IMG/VR virus record: IMGVR_UViG_3300045988_038078
Location: 1 to 36,671 of that record
Length of the DNA stretch: 36,671 bases
Direction: 5' to 3' (one strand)
DNA from: a virus
Below, piece after piece: positions 22,569 through 32,142 of the stretch. How positions within the stretch are numbered: the first letter of the stretch is position 1; each line of letters begins with the position of its first letter. Made by a program: the position numbers and the translations under genes. Under the pieces are notes generated by a model. That model made no database searches and had not been told where the DNA came from. It saw only the letters and a list, made by a program, of their open reading frames with translations.

Positions 22569-23712
22569 TTCCTTCTGTATTTAGTGAGGCTACCGTAGTA
22601 GATCCCTCAAGTTCGTTGTAAATCTCACATAATTCGGTCGGGACGTCCATAGCTCGTGCGATTTCCCGGCTTAACTTGCTACGGAGTTTCGTAACCGAAC
22701 GTCTATAAACCTTCTGCATCTCCTTAACGACTTCGCCGGATGCGTTCGAAAACGAGATAAGGGAAGAATCAACCAAAGGGACAGGAATGTTATACGCTTG
22801 TGAGGCGATGTCCTTTTTCAATGGCTCGTTGTAGGCTTTATACAGATTCGCATCGATCGGCACGCCTAACTGGTCCACCTTAATAAATGGCTTCTGAGAA
22901 AGTGCGTTATCGTCCCTCACCAAAACGGCGGAACCTGCACCCTGCGCACCCATCACTTCGGCGATACCCTTAACGAAGGCATCCTGTTCCTCCTGTTCGG
23001 TAAAGTCACCATGGGAAATGATACTGCACATGTGGAACCCACGCGTCAAGGTACGTTCTACATATGTACTGTTCATTGCCTCGGCTTGCATTTCCGATTG
23101 GACGGCGTGGAATGGGGAAAGCGGGTAAGGCTTCGTGGTGAAGAAGTTGATGTATAAGAGCTGTCCGGGATGATTCTCGATACCTCCGTATTCTTCCACT
23201 TCGGCGGCGAAATTGTCCGGATCAAAGGTGGGATAGGTAATGGCGGTTTTGTCCAGCTGAGTAGACTTGATATTCTGACGGTCCCAATTGTTGAACACGA
23301 CCCATTTATGAATAACGGGATTCGTTAGGTAGTCCTTGTTAAGCCCGGCACGGACATATTCGAACGGGACTGGGTAAATCATCTTCGGACGGTAATCACC
23401 TCCGTACTGCACGATTAAAGCGCACCCACGGAAGCGGGCAACATCGTAGGCAAGCATATTCAGAATGTCATCCATGTTGTCACCGTGGGCGTTCGTTAAC
23501 TCGCCGAATGTGCGGTCTTTGAATCCTTCACATTCGATGGCTTCGCTTAATCTCTCAACGCTCAAAGATGCGGTTTTACTCGCATATATCAGTTCTGAAA
23601 TAATTTGGGGATACAGGTTGCCATCCCCATACCCCACAATTTTCTCGGAAACTCTGGCGTTAATCTTTAAAGCCCTATCGACTATTACATTTACTTTCTT
23701 ATGAGCTATCAT
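22561..23712 (-). CDS. Portal protein candidate (HK97-family-like, 383 aa)
   Basis: The size fits. IASQAYNIPVPLVDSS resembles the conserved portal segment (I-x-x-x-F-G-V-P-x-x-L). It is the only ORF of portal-like size and composition. Confidence 0.55.
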   Translation of the reverse strand: MIAHKKVNVIVDRALKINARVSEKIVGYGDGNLYPQIISELIYASKTASLSVERLSEAIECEGFKDRTFGELTNAHGDNMDDILNMLAYDVARFRGCALIVQYGGDYRPKMIYPVPFEYVRAGLNKDYLTNPVIHKWVVFNNWDRQNIKSTQLDKTAITYPTFDPDNFAAEVEEYGGIENHPGQLLYINFFTTKPYPLSPFHAVQSEMQAEAMNSTYVERTLTRGFHMCSIISHGDFTEQEEQDAFVKGIAEVMGAQGAGSAVLVRDDNALSQKPFIKVDQLGVPIDANLYKAYNEPLKKDIASQAYNIPVPLVDSSLISFSNASGEVVKEMQKVYRRSVTKLRSKLSREIARAMDVPTELCEIYNELEGSTTVASLNTEGNE

Positions 23713-23732
23713 ATTAACTTGCCTTATTTAGT

Positions 23733-24212
23733 TTAACCTAGTTCGTTTATCAGTTCTTCGTCCGTCTTTTCTACGGGTGCTTCCGGTTCTACGGGTGCTT
23801 CCGGTTCTACGGGTGCTTCCGGTTCCGGTGCTACTTCTTCGGGAACTTCCGGGATGGTCGTAGGTTCATCTTCCACGCCGATAGGACCCAAATCGTCGAA
23901 GTAAGGGATGTAATCGGCATTCTCCTTCATCAGACGTTCGGCGATCGCATCGGTGCAATTGAATGCACGGTACACAATACCATCCGCTACATGATTGATG
24001 GAAAGCCCTGGCTTCATAACGTAACGAACGTGTACGCCTGTCATATAGTGGCTTTCGTACCATTTCTTAGCATATTCCCGGTCCATGTGGCACATGGGGT
24101 CCAAGTTTAAACGGGTGATGCTTTTACAGAGATTCAAAATCTCGATCTCGTCTGTCAAGACTACCAATTCTCTAGAAACTGGTTCTTCTATCTTAGTTTT
24201 TCTTCTAGCCAT
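23733..24212 (-). CDS. Hypothetical structural-module protein with a C-terminal PEAPVE x3 repeat (159 aa)
   Basis: Three perfect 18-bp tandem units at 23771-23824. Confidence 0.55.
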   Translation of the reverse strand: MARRKTKIEEPVSRELVVLTDEIEILNLCKSITRLNLDPMCHMDREYAKKWYESHYMTGVHVRYVMKPGLSINHVADGIVYRAFNCTDAIAERLMKENADYIPYFDDLGPIGVEDEPTTIPEVPEEVAPEPEAPVEPEAPVEPEAPVEKTDEELINELG

Positions 24213-24216
24213 GATG

Positions 24217-24747
24217 TTATGCTGATTTTAGGTCTTTATATAAAGACGCCGTGATACTATATCGGAAGTCCCCGCAAGAACCGTCCGGTGTTTTTAAAGT
24301 CGCTGTTGATACGCCATCGGTTGCGCTATCCGTTGCAAAATCGGACAGTTCCAAAGGCGAATTACACCCCAAGACAAAGTATTGATTGTTTTTTGTCTTG
24401 ACAGCCACGAGGAATGTTCCCGATACCAAACCGATGATGTACGGAACGATGGGTGATGATGAAAGTAACTTCATTACTACCGTAATCTCTAACATCGTAG
24501 GCGCGTTATCGTTGATACGTGCCGCCTCGGTTTCTTGGATTGAATTCTTTACCGCCTGTACGGTGTATCCTCTTGCTCCGAGTACCTTGCTTATGCTGGC
24601 TTCCCCTGTTGTTGGGGATACCGATATGCTGGAAATATCCTCGTAGTTAAGCAGTATGGCTTCCTCAATTCCGGCAATACCGGAGATTAAGCCCGGATTA
24701 GCGCAATCAAACGCCAAGTCCTGTGAAATTCGTTTCAAACATGCCAT
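24217..24747 (-). CDS. 175-aa-family structural protein, paralog 3 (possible major tail/tube or head-associated protein)
   Basis: Aligns by eye with the two upstream ORFs: MAC..., x-F-D-C, NAP, FLVAVK, TLKTPD. Confidence 0.5.
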   Translation of the reverse strand: MACLKRISQDLAFDCANPGLISGIAGIEEAILLNYEDISSISVSPTTGEASISKVLGARGYTVQAVKNSIQETEAARINDNAPTMLEITVVMKLLSSSPIVPYIIGLVSGTFLVAVKTKNNQYFVLGCNSPLELSDFATDSATDGVSTATLKTPDGSCGDFRYSITASLYKDLKSA

Positions 24748-24749
24748 AG

Positions 24750-25274
24750 TTACGATGCTTTAGCCAAAAGAGTATTCCAAGTGGATTCCGTTACACTAGC
24801 ACGGGCTTCACCTAATACACTCTCCGGTGTGGTTAATGTGATAGCGGTAAATCCGCCGTTCTCGTTCGCTGATTCTTCCAAGCCTGTTATTTCCAAGCCG
24901 TAATTGCAGCCATATATGCGGTAAACGTCCGTTTCTACCATCTTAGCAACCGCAACCAAGCGGGAATTAAGAATGGCGTTTATGAACACATTTTCAGCAG
25001 TCGTCTTCTTGTAAACGGTGAAGTTTACCGCCTGCTCGATCGCGTTCGGTGCGTTCTCGTTGATTCTCGGTGCTTCCGTTGCGTTCGCTCCTTTACGGAT
25101 TGAGGCGACCCGGATAGTCTTTCCGGTCGACGTAAGGGTAACAGTTGCCACGCCCGCCGAAACGGAAACGGATTGAATATCTGAGTAGTTGATAAGCAAC
25201 AAATCAGCTATCCCAACGGCACCGCCTAAACAGTCGTAGGTGATTGCACCTGTGATATTACTAATACATCCCAT
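24750..25274 (-). CDS. 175-aa-family structural protein, paralog 2
   Basis: MGCISNITGAITYDCLGGAVGIADLLLINY aligns with MACIKLNKAITFGCAGGSVGLAGIYLVNK. Shared pattern GGF-x-(A/V)-(I/V)-TL-x-TP-(E/D). Confidence 0.5.
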   Translation of the reverse strand: MGCISNITGAITYDCLGGAVGIADLLLINYSDIQSVSVSAGVATVTLTSTGKTIRVASIRKGANATEAPRINENAPNAIEQAVNFTVYKKTTAENVFINAILNSRLVAVAKMVETDVYRIYGCNYGLEITGLEESANENGGFTAITLTTPESVLGEARASVTESTWNTLLAKAS

Positions 25275-25278
25275 AGTT

Positions 25279-25806
25279 CTAAGTTAATTTGTTAGCTTCT
25301 AAGTAAGTCCAAACAGCGGGCAAAGCAACCATGTTGCGATCACCCCGTGAATTATCCGGCGTTTTCAATGTAACGGTTACGAAACCGCCTGCTGTGGATG
25401 TATCCCCGTCCATGCTTGCCGCCTCTAGTCCTGCGTAAAGTCCTGCGACTTTAATGTTACCACCGTCTTTCAGTTTTGCAAAAGCTACGAAGTTACCGGA
25501 AAGGAGGGATTCAAGAATCGCCATGCCATCGGATGACTTATCGTAAACCGTAATCGTTACCGTCTGTTCCATGCCCGCCGCACCATCAAGCGAACGCAAA
25601 GCGTCCGTGATTTTAGCACCGTTCTTGTAACAGTCAACCGGGATAGCCTTCCCATCGGACACGAGCTCAATAGACTTTACTACTACGTCGCTACCTGTCA
25701 CAAATGAGGCAAGTTCCGCCTTGTTAACAAGGTATATCCCCGCCAAACCGACGGAACCACCTGCGCACCCGAACGTGATAGCCTTATTTAGTTTAATACA
25801 TGCCAT
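25279..25806 (-). CDS. 175-aa-family structural protein, paralog 1
   Basis: First of three tandem homologous ORFs, directly after the capsid gene. Confidence 0.5.
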   Translation of the reverse strand: MACIKLNKAITFGCAGGSVGLAGIYLVNKAELASFVTGSDVVVKSIELVSDGKAIPVDCYKNGAKITDALRSLDGAAGMEQTVTITVYDKSSDGMAILESLLSGNFVAFAKLKDGGNIKVAGLYAGLEAASMDGDTSTAGGFVTVTLKTPDNSRGDRNMVALPAVWTYLEANKLT

Positions 25807-25825
25807 AGTTCTAGGTATTTACTTG

Positions 25826-26776
25826 TTATTTCGCTGTTGTTGCGAGTTTAAGAATCTCAGGAATAGCCACCATCGCATCAGCAGCAAAAACAGTCGTGCT
25901 GTAATACTTGCGGTCCTTAGCGTCTTGGATAAACGGCTTAATGTTCACGCTTGAATCCTCCAAAGCAATCTGAATGTTAGTTTTCGGGGTAAATGCGATG
26001 AACGCTTTCTGATCGGTTTTGTCCGCAATCATAGACGCTGACACGTGCGGCAACTCGTTAATGCGGTAACCTTCCAAAGTGTAAACGGGCTTTCCGTCCT
26101 CCATGTTCTGCTGCGCGGTCGTGTTGTCCTTCTTCTGCACCAAGTTTTTGAACAAGCGCATAACGTTAGAAGTTACGAAGAACTCAGAGTTTTCTTTTTG
26201 GTCTGCACGCTGAGAGTCGATCAGGGCTTTCATAGTTGCCTCTACGCCGGTGGATGCGTCATCGTCCAGTGTCAGAGTAATGATATTTTCGGAACTGTCC
26301 TGCATCTGTTTCAGGAAACCACCACGTTTGAAGATGTTATATGCTACGTCTGCCGCTTTAGTCCCATCCAACCAAGCCAAACGGAGCAAGTCAGCTTCTA
26401 ATACTTTCAGTACCTCAGCTGCCATGAATCCGGCTAACTGTGTTTCGTCAAAATCGTCAGAGGTGTGCACTCCCTTAGCTACCATCTTTCCCCACAAGTC
26501 CTGCAAGCAGACAACGATAGGTAATTCGATTGGTTGGAAGTCGTAGTACTTAACACTATCCGTCATCGATTTGTAAGTGTACGTGCCATCACATCCCGCT
26601 GACTTGCGAAGTGCCTTAGTGTCAGCCGTGAATGTAACGATAGGCGTTTTGTTGTCCAGTCCAGCAAGAACCGTTGCGCCTCTATCCATTTCTCCCACCA
26701 GTCCGACGGTCATAGAGATAACGTCAGACAGGCTGTTAATATTCAGATTATTTAAATCAGTAAAAGTCATTGCCAT
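25826..26776 (-). CDS. Major capsid protein candidate (HK97-fold expected, 316 aa)
   Basis: Follows the protease/scaffold gene and has an appropriate size. It is one of the few genes with an SD-like AGGAGA 9 nt upstream of the ATG. Confidence 0.6.
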   Translation of the reverse strand: MAMTFTDLNNLNINSLSDVISMTVGLVGEMDRGATVLAGLDNKTPIVTFTADTKALRKSAGCDGTYTYKSMTDSVKYYDFQPIELPIVVCLQDLWGKMVAKGVHTSDDFDETQLAGFMAAEVLKVLEADLLRLAWLDGTKAADVAYNIFKRGGFLKQMQDSSENIITLTLDDDASTGVEATMKALIDSQRADQKENSEFFVTSNVMRLFKNLVQKKDNTTAQQNMEDGKPVYTLEGYRINELPHVSASMIADKTDQKAFIAFTPKTNIQIALEDSSVNIKPFIQDAKDRKYYSTTVFAADAMVAIPEILKLATTAK

Positions 26777-26806
26777 AATTTTAGTCTCCTATAATTTATA
26801 AAGTGA

Positions 26807-27826
26807 TTACTTCTGTTTAGCGAATTTAATCATCGCTTCTTTAGCTTTCGCCCGTGCTTCCTCGTTTGACAACTTGGTTTTCTCAGACTGAGAACCTTTG
26901 CCCCCCACGGTGCGGCTAGTTACGTGCGGCGTTTTGGTTTGCTTGGAAAGCATCGTTTTAATCTCACCCAAAGATTCTTCCAATGCGCCAAGACGTCTAG
27001 AAAATTCGTCCGGTGTTTTGGATTTCTTTTTCTCTTCATCTTCGGTTTCCTCCGCCATCTCTTCTACATCTTCCTTAACTTCTTCCTCTACCTCTTTAAA
27101 GGACTCGATCACGCCATCTTTCACCACGAGAATGAGTTGACCTTCGTCAGTTACTACGGTGATTTCTCCGTCTGCTACGGGCGTACCGTCCGCATTTACT
27201 ACTGCATCACCTACGGCGACTTCTTCGCCCGCCGATTTAATCGTGATTTTCTCACCATTGACGGCTTCCACGGTATTCTCGGCTAATTTTGTCTTTGCCG
27301 AGAATTTACTGAAAATTCCTGTAAAAATTCCCATCTTGTTACTTTGATTTTGGTTATTAAATAGTGAACTTGTGGCGGCGGGTAATCCTACCAAGTCACA
27401 AGTAAAAAGTTCTAAAAATTCGGTTATGTCCCAAGTTCCGGTAGACTCGTTCCACTGCTTGATATCGTTATCAACAACAGATACGCCTAACATATCCGGT
27501 TCTTTCTCGATAAGCGAGCGCATGAAGGTTACTTCGGCGGGGTAAGCGTCCACCATAGCGGGTGAAAAGTCGAAGTCAGCGTAAACAATGCCATCCTCTT
27601 CTACGAAGTTGGAAAACTTGCCGATGTACTGGTCCAACACATCACCCCCGTTGTGCGTCTTGCGGGAATGGATAGGTCTAGAGTTACCACAGGCAACAAG
27701 AGACGCTAAAGATTCCGGTGTAATCACTATCTTACCTGTCAGTGATTCGCCGTTTGTGCCTAAGTCCTCCCACGAATTGGTGGTTTCCCCGGCTTCTATG
27801 ATACGTACTTTAACAAAATCTGCCAT
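26807..27826 (-). CDS. Prohead protease (S78/HK97-like) fused to a scaffolding-like acidic coiled-coil region (339 aa from ATG 27826)
   Basis: THNGGDVLDQYIGKFSNFVEEDGIVYADF fits the S78 pattern H...IG.....ED.G(L/I). A GVSVV Ser motif is present. The C-terminus EEVKEDVEEMAEETEDEEKKK is scaffold-like. The track start at 27847 is TTG and lies inside the promoter-like box. Confidence 0.55.
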   Translation of the reverse strand: MADFVKVRIIEAGETTNSWEDLGTNGESLTGKIVITPESLASLVACGNSRPIHSRKTHNGGDVLDQYIGKFSNFVEEDGIVYADFDFSPAMVDAYPAEVTFMRSLIEKEPDMLGVSVVDNDIKQWNESTGTWDITEFLELFTCDLVGLPAATSSLFNNQNQSNKMGIFTGIFSKFSAKTKLAENTVEAVNGEKITIKSAGEEVAVGDAVVNADGTPVADGEITVVTDEGQLILVVKDGVIESFKEVEEEVKEDVEEMAEETEDEEKKKSKTPDEFSRRLGALEESLGEIKTMLSKQTKTPHVTSRTVGGKGSQSEKTKLSNEEARAKAKEAMIKFAKQK

Positions 27827-27844
27827 ATAATCAATTAATTTGTG

Positions 27845-27876
27845 CAAATATACTAGATAATTACGTGATTTCGAAA
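27845..27876 (-). promoter_or_regulatory. Possible internal promoter ahead of the head genes
   Basis: Minus-strand -7 box TATATTTG (27852..27845). The -33 is imperfect (TTTC, 27876..27873) with a 20-nt spacer. It lies 19 nt upstream of ATG 27826. Confidence 0.4.
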
Positions 27877-27890
27877 GGATGCCGCACCAA

Positions 27891-30437
27891 TTAAAGTGCG
27901 GATTCCCTTATAAATGCCATATTTGAGGCTACATCGTTGAACTCCTGCACCGAAACAACCGGATTAGGAACGTTTTCCACCCCTTGTACGAATGCGGCGG
28001 CTATCTGATTAATTGTTTTATCTGATAAATCTACCGTATTCTTCGACATTTGGCGGTTCAAAGTGGTGTACGAGCTAGTACTAAGTACGTCAAAACCGCC
28101 TCCTTGTGCGTATTTATACGCATTAGACCTACCGAATGAACGTCCTCCGTACTGTTGGTTCAGTGCAGACAGCGCATTTATTGCACGGGATGCCGATTTA
28201 TTGAGGATATACATGTTCTCGCCTCCTTCGGCTTCGAACTGTTGCCCGTTCGATCCGGTAAACGTAACGCCACCCTGTGAATGGGGTGCACCAAATACCG
28301 TACCACCTTTGGCAAACTTCCGGGTGGACGCCTGTGTTTTGGGAACATCATCGTTCACCTTCATGATGGAGGCTACTTGTTTCAGACCCGCTGCAATAAC
28401 GATAGCCGCCTGCGCTACTCCCCAAATACCACCCTGCGCAATCGCTTTAGATGCACCTAGATAGGTATTGATTGTTGCCTGCGCTACGGCGAAAATCTTC
28501 CCGGCTTCGGATTCCTGTCCTAGCAGGTTTGACATTTGCCCGGCGGTTTCGCTTGCCATTGTCAACTCAGCGTTATAACGGGCGGCGGCGTTCTTCCGTT
28601 TCAACTCGTTGTACTTCTGCTCGATAAGTGTGGTGTTAGCTCCTATCTTCTCGGCGTTCTCAATTTCCTGCGCCATCTGAGCGTCTAGTTGCATCTGTCG
28701 CAACTCGTATTCGTTTGATATGTTCTGCTCGGCGATTACCCGGCGGTTCTCGGCGTCCATAGCCTCGGCTTGCTTCTTCCGTTCCGCCTCCTGCTGTTCC
28801 AAAGCGTAGACCCGTTCCTGTTGGGCTATCTGCATCTCATACTTAGTGTTATCGAACTCCTGCTGCGTAATCAAGCCCTGTTCCAACCGGAAACGTTCTT
28901 TCGCCAATATAGCCTGGTTTATCTCGTTTTGGTCTTCGATGGCTTTCCGTTTGTCAACGATACCTATGTTACTTTCCCGAATCTTAAGTTGCAACTCGGT
29001 GATGCCCATCTCATAGCTTTTAAGAACTTCCGCCTGTATCTCTTTCGCTTTCGCTGCTGCGGCTTCCTCCGCATCCTCCTCCGCTTTCTTGGCGTCCTCG
29101 GCTGCTTTCTTATTGGCGGCCGCTTTCGCTGTCGCTGCCGCCTTGTTTGCGGCTGCTACGGCGGCTATGTCCGCTTTCTCCAAGCCGGATACTTGGCTAA
29201 TAAGTTCCTTCCGTTCTGACAGGTATTGTGCCCTCTTTTCTTCCAGTGCGGCCAATGCCTCTAGCTCCTTCCGGCGGTCTTCGTCCGTAGTGTAGCTCAG
29301 TGAGTTTTGCGCTTTGATCTGCTGATACTTTGCCTCTAGTATTTTCAGTTCCGCCGCTTCCATTTCACGGGAAATCCGTAGGGCTTCATTAGCGGCCACT
29401 TGCCGTTCTTTCGAGGATTTAGCTTGATCTGCTAGGATAGCCTTTTGCGCCTCCATTTCGCGCCGTTGCCGGGCTAACACAACGATAAGGTCTGATTCGG
29501 CGTTATAGATATCCCGTTCAGCTTGTGCCATCCCTTTAGCGGTGTTAATGGCCGCTACGGTTTCATCCGAGATCAGCCCCAACCAATTGTAAACTTTAAT
29601 ATAAGCTTCCGCCAACCATTCAAAAACCTTCACTATTTTGGCAAAGAGCGCCGCCACCGCATCAAGTACTTTCGCGATGATCAACTGAATCGGTGCAAGA
29701 ATCGTTTTAACGGACGTAGCTAGTTCGTTATTGCGGTCCATCAGTTTTCCGATAGTGGAAATGAGGAAGAGAACGGCGGATGCGATAGCGACAAACGGAT
29801 TCGCCATCAGTGCGGCGTTAAACGCCTTCACAGAAGCGATGCCGCCCGACATACCTTTTACCATCATTCCGGTTGCACCTGTCAAGCCACCCAAGCTACC
29901 CGTAGTTTTCTCTATATCCTCGGCATAGTTACCCACGTTTCGGCGCGTGTCGCCTACCCCCTTCTCCAAGTCTTTCAACCGGTCGGACAGTTCTTTGGTC
30001 TGAGCTACCAGTTCTTTCCCCGCTGCACCTGTCGTGCGTTCCTGCACGGACATCTTGTTTAGCTCGATAGTGTTCTTCGCCAAGCGTGCCCGCAAGGTTT
30101 CTACCGTCTCGGCCTGGCTGTTCATCACTGTGGTGGTAGCCTTAATCGTCCCGTTCACAGCCTTTAGGTTGCTGTTAGTTCCGTCCAGCTCCTTCTGAAA
30201 ACCCGCAATGGCGGTTGACGACTTGGCAAGGGCTTTCTCATAGGCTGTTTGGTCTATGAGATTATCCCGGTAATTTTGCCGTACCCCCGCAAGAGCGGCT
30301 TTCTCGGCGGCTATCTGCTTGGTTAGCTGCGCCTTTTGGTCGGACAGTTCCAACGACTTGGCGATGAGTTTATCCAAACCATCTACGGCGTCCGCCGTGT
30401 TAAACGAAAGGTCTAATAATGTAACGTTTTCAGCCAT
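27891..30437 (-). CDS. Tape-measure-like protein (848 aa)
   Basis: Long Ala/Glu/Lys/Gln-rich coiled-coil sequence. Central hydrophobic segment ALMANPFVAIASAVLFLISTIG. C-terminal FAKGGTVFGAPHSQGGV...EAEGGENMYILNKSA resembles the GG...GE-x-V-h-N motif of tape-measure and ejection proteins. Confidence 0.6.
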   Translation of the reverse strand: MAENVTLLDLSFNTADAVDGLDKLIAKSLELSDQKAQLTKQIAAEKAALAGVRQNYRDNLIDQTAYEKALAKSSTAIAGFQKELDGTNSNLKAVNGTIKATTTVMNSQAETVETLRARLAKNTIELNKMSVQERTTGAAGKELVAQTKELSDRLKDLEKGVGDTRRNVGNYAEDIEKTTGSLGGLTGATGMMVKGMSGGIASVKAFNAALMANPFVAIASAVLFLISTIGKLMDRNNELATSVKTILAPIQLIIAKVLDAVAALFAKIVKVFEWLAEAYIKVYNWLGLISDETVAAINTAKGMAQAERDIYNAESDLIVVLARQRREMEAQKAILADQAKSSKERQVAANEALRISREMEAAELKILEAKYQQIKAQNSLSYTTDEDRRKELEALAALEEKRAQYLSERKELISQVSGLEKADIAAVAAANKAAATAKAAANKKAAEDAKKAEEDAEEAAAAKAKEIQAEVLKSYEMGITELQLKIRESNIGIVDKRKAIEDQNEINQAILAKERFRLEQGLITQQEFDNTKYEMQIAQQERVYALEQQEAERKKQAEAMDAENRRVIAEQNISNEYELRQMQLDAQMAQEIENAEKIGANTTLIEQKYNELKRKNAAARYNAELTMASETAGQMSNLLGQESEAGKIFAVAQATINTYLGASKAIAQGGIWGVAQAAIVIAAGLKQVASIMKVNDDVPKTQASTRKFAKGGTVFGAPHSQGGVTFTGSNGQQFEAEGGENMYILNKSASRAINALSALNQQYGGRSFGRSNAYKYAQGGGFDVLSTSSYTTLNRQMSKNTVDLSDKTINQIAAAFVQGVENVPNPVVSVQEFNDVASNMAFIRESAL

Positions 30438-30441
30438 ACTG

Positions 30442-32142
30442 TTAAATATTTAACTTAGTTAATTTAATCTTGCAGTCACCCGTAGCGACCGAATAGTCCG
30501 AAACCGAACGGATGTAAAACCACGATTTGAAAGCATCCAGCCAAACCGCACCGTCCAGACGGTATTGTTTCCTAAACCGGAAAAACGGGATATTAGCATT
30601 TATCGTCACATCAATACCCGACTTAAACAGGTCATAGTATTTACGGAACGTGTTATACAGGTAGTTGTGGGTATAGAAATAATCAACAACTACGCTGGTA
30701 CTAGTATTGAAGAACATTGCCCGTGGTAGCGTTTGGTCCATTTTGTACGGAAGCTCCGCCGTAAACACTTCGGCACGGGTAGTGAACATTCCGTGTGTCA
30801 CCGTGTGCCACACGTTTTTCTCGCCTATCTTCCCGTTTATACTGTTGGCGAATCCGCTAGAATCCTCTATCTTCTCAGTGCTCACATAGAACTCGCTCCA
30901 ATCCTGTAAAGTCGATCCGTTTATCCCCTTCCGGAATCCTGCGGTCGTTATGTCCGCATGCAGAAGGTCACGGATATACAGGCTTACTTTTCCGGTATCC
31001 GTTATGGTGAAATCATAGGTCCACATCATTGCTTTGCAGAATCCGTCTAACAATTCCCTAGCAGATTCGCTTCCCAATCCTCCGTTGATCGTGATGTTCC
31101 CGCCACCCGACACTCTAATGATCGTCAACGGGATTCGGAACGCCGCCTCGGAATCCATATCTTCGGGCGGGTGCACGTCCAGTGCGATGGTGTTGCTCAA
31201 CGTGGTTAGGTACATCCCGGTGTACGGAGTAGTCCCGCTTATGCGTATCTGTGGGCTAGACGTGTTAGTGACATACCGGATGTGTGTCTTATCGGTTAGG
31301 TCGCCAACCGGAGACAGGGAAATAACCACTTGCTTGTGTGTCTTGTCACGCACCGCCAAACTAACCGGAGTACCCGCCAAGGATGACACATCTAGTATTA
31401 CTTCCTGCGGAATTGACAGATCACAGAACAGAGTGTCGTAGTTCCCTGATGTTGGAGATGAGGCGGGGTCACGGACAGCGTACTCCATGATGTCGATATC
31501 GTTATTCAGATACCTTGTTCCGGCGTCCGTATTCAGAGCAAACCGGAAAGCTAGTGTTATCGCTTGCCCTACATAAACATCCGTCATTGATTTGGTTTCG
31601 TAGGTGGTACGGATGATCGGCTGCATGTTATTGGCGTAATACGGGAAGTAAACGTTTGATCCGGGTGCGTTGAATGAATCCGCAATCACCCGGTTAAGGT
31701 TCACATTGTACGCTCCGCCCACGCCTGCGCCTCTGATACCGGCATGTGACAAAATACGGCTAGGTAGTTGTTCGGCGGTTACCGATGTCTGTGACAGGGC
31801 TATGTCGTAGCCTGTTTCCTTGCAGGTCACCTTTGCCCGGAAATCACCGGGAATCTGAACGTTACCGATGAATACCTGCGCCGTGTACCCGTTCAGAACC
31901 TTTATCACCTCGTTACCGGGCAACAGCCCCGTTTCGGTGAGATAGTCACGGGGTATCATACCGAAGTGGCGCATACCCTTAAATACTTGGTCGTTGTTCG
32001 CTGATCTCGGAACAGTGATAGTTCCGGAATAGGCGCGGGTAGGCTGCGACAACGTGTAAGGGTCGGCTGACACAACGGATAACTTTAAGTCACCCGTTAC
32101 GCCGTCCAACATCCGTCTATTTATCATTATTCCTAGTTCCAT
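30442..32142 (-). CDS. Tail/baseplate protein (beta-rich, 566 aa from ATG 32142)
   Basis: Large beta-rich ORF adjacent to the tape-measure gene. The start overlaps the upstream TGA by 1 nt (TGATG). Confidence 0.45.
   Translation of the reverse strand: MELGIMINRRMLDGVTGDLKLSVVSADPYTLSQPTRAYSGTITVPRSANNDQVFKGMRHFGMIPRDYLTETGLLPGNEVIKVLNGYTAQVFIGNVQIPGDFRAKVTCKETGYDIALSQTSVTAEQLPSRILSHAGIRGAGVGGAYNVNLNRVIADSFNAPGSNVYFPYYANNMQPIIRTTYETKSMTDVYVGQAITLAFRFALNTDAGTRYLNNDIDIMEYAVRDPASSPTSGNYDTLFCDLSIPQEVILDVSSLAGTPVSLAVRDKTHKQVVISLSPVGDLTDKTHIRYVTNTSSPQIRISGTTPYTGMYLTTLSNTIALDVHPPEDMDSEAAFRIPLTIIRVSGGGNITINGGLGSESARELLDGFCKAMMWTYDFTITDTGKVSLYIRDLLHADITTAGFRKGINGSTLQDWSEFYVSTEKIEDSSGFANSINGKIGEKNVWHTVTHGMFTTRAEVFTAELPYKMDQTLPRAMFFNTSTSVVVDYFYTHNYLYNTFRKYYDLFKSGIDVTINANIPFFRFRKQYRLDGAVWLDAFKSWFYIRSVSDYSVATGDCKIKLTKLNI

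Noticed and set aside
22561-23712. Alternative idea that the 567-aa ORF (30442..32142), rather than the 383-aa ORF, is the portal
   Set aside because: The 567-aa protein is beta-rich and Gly/Thr/Asn-rich like tail and baseplate proteins. It also lacks the portal-like I-x-x-x-(F/Y)-x-(V/I)-P segment present in the 383-aa ORF. This remains unverified without profile searches.
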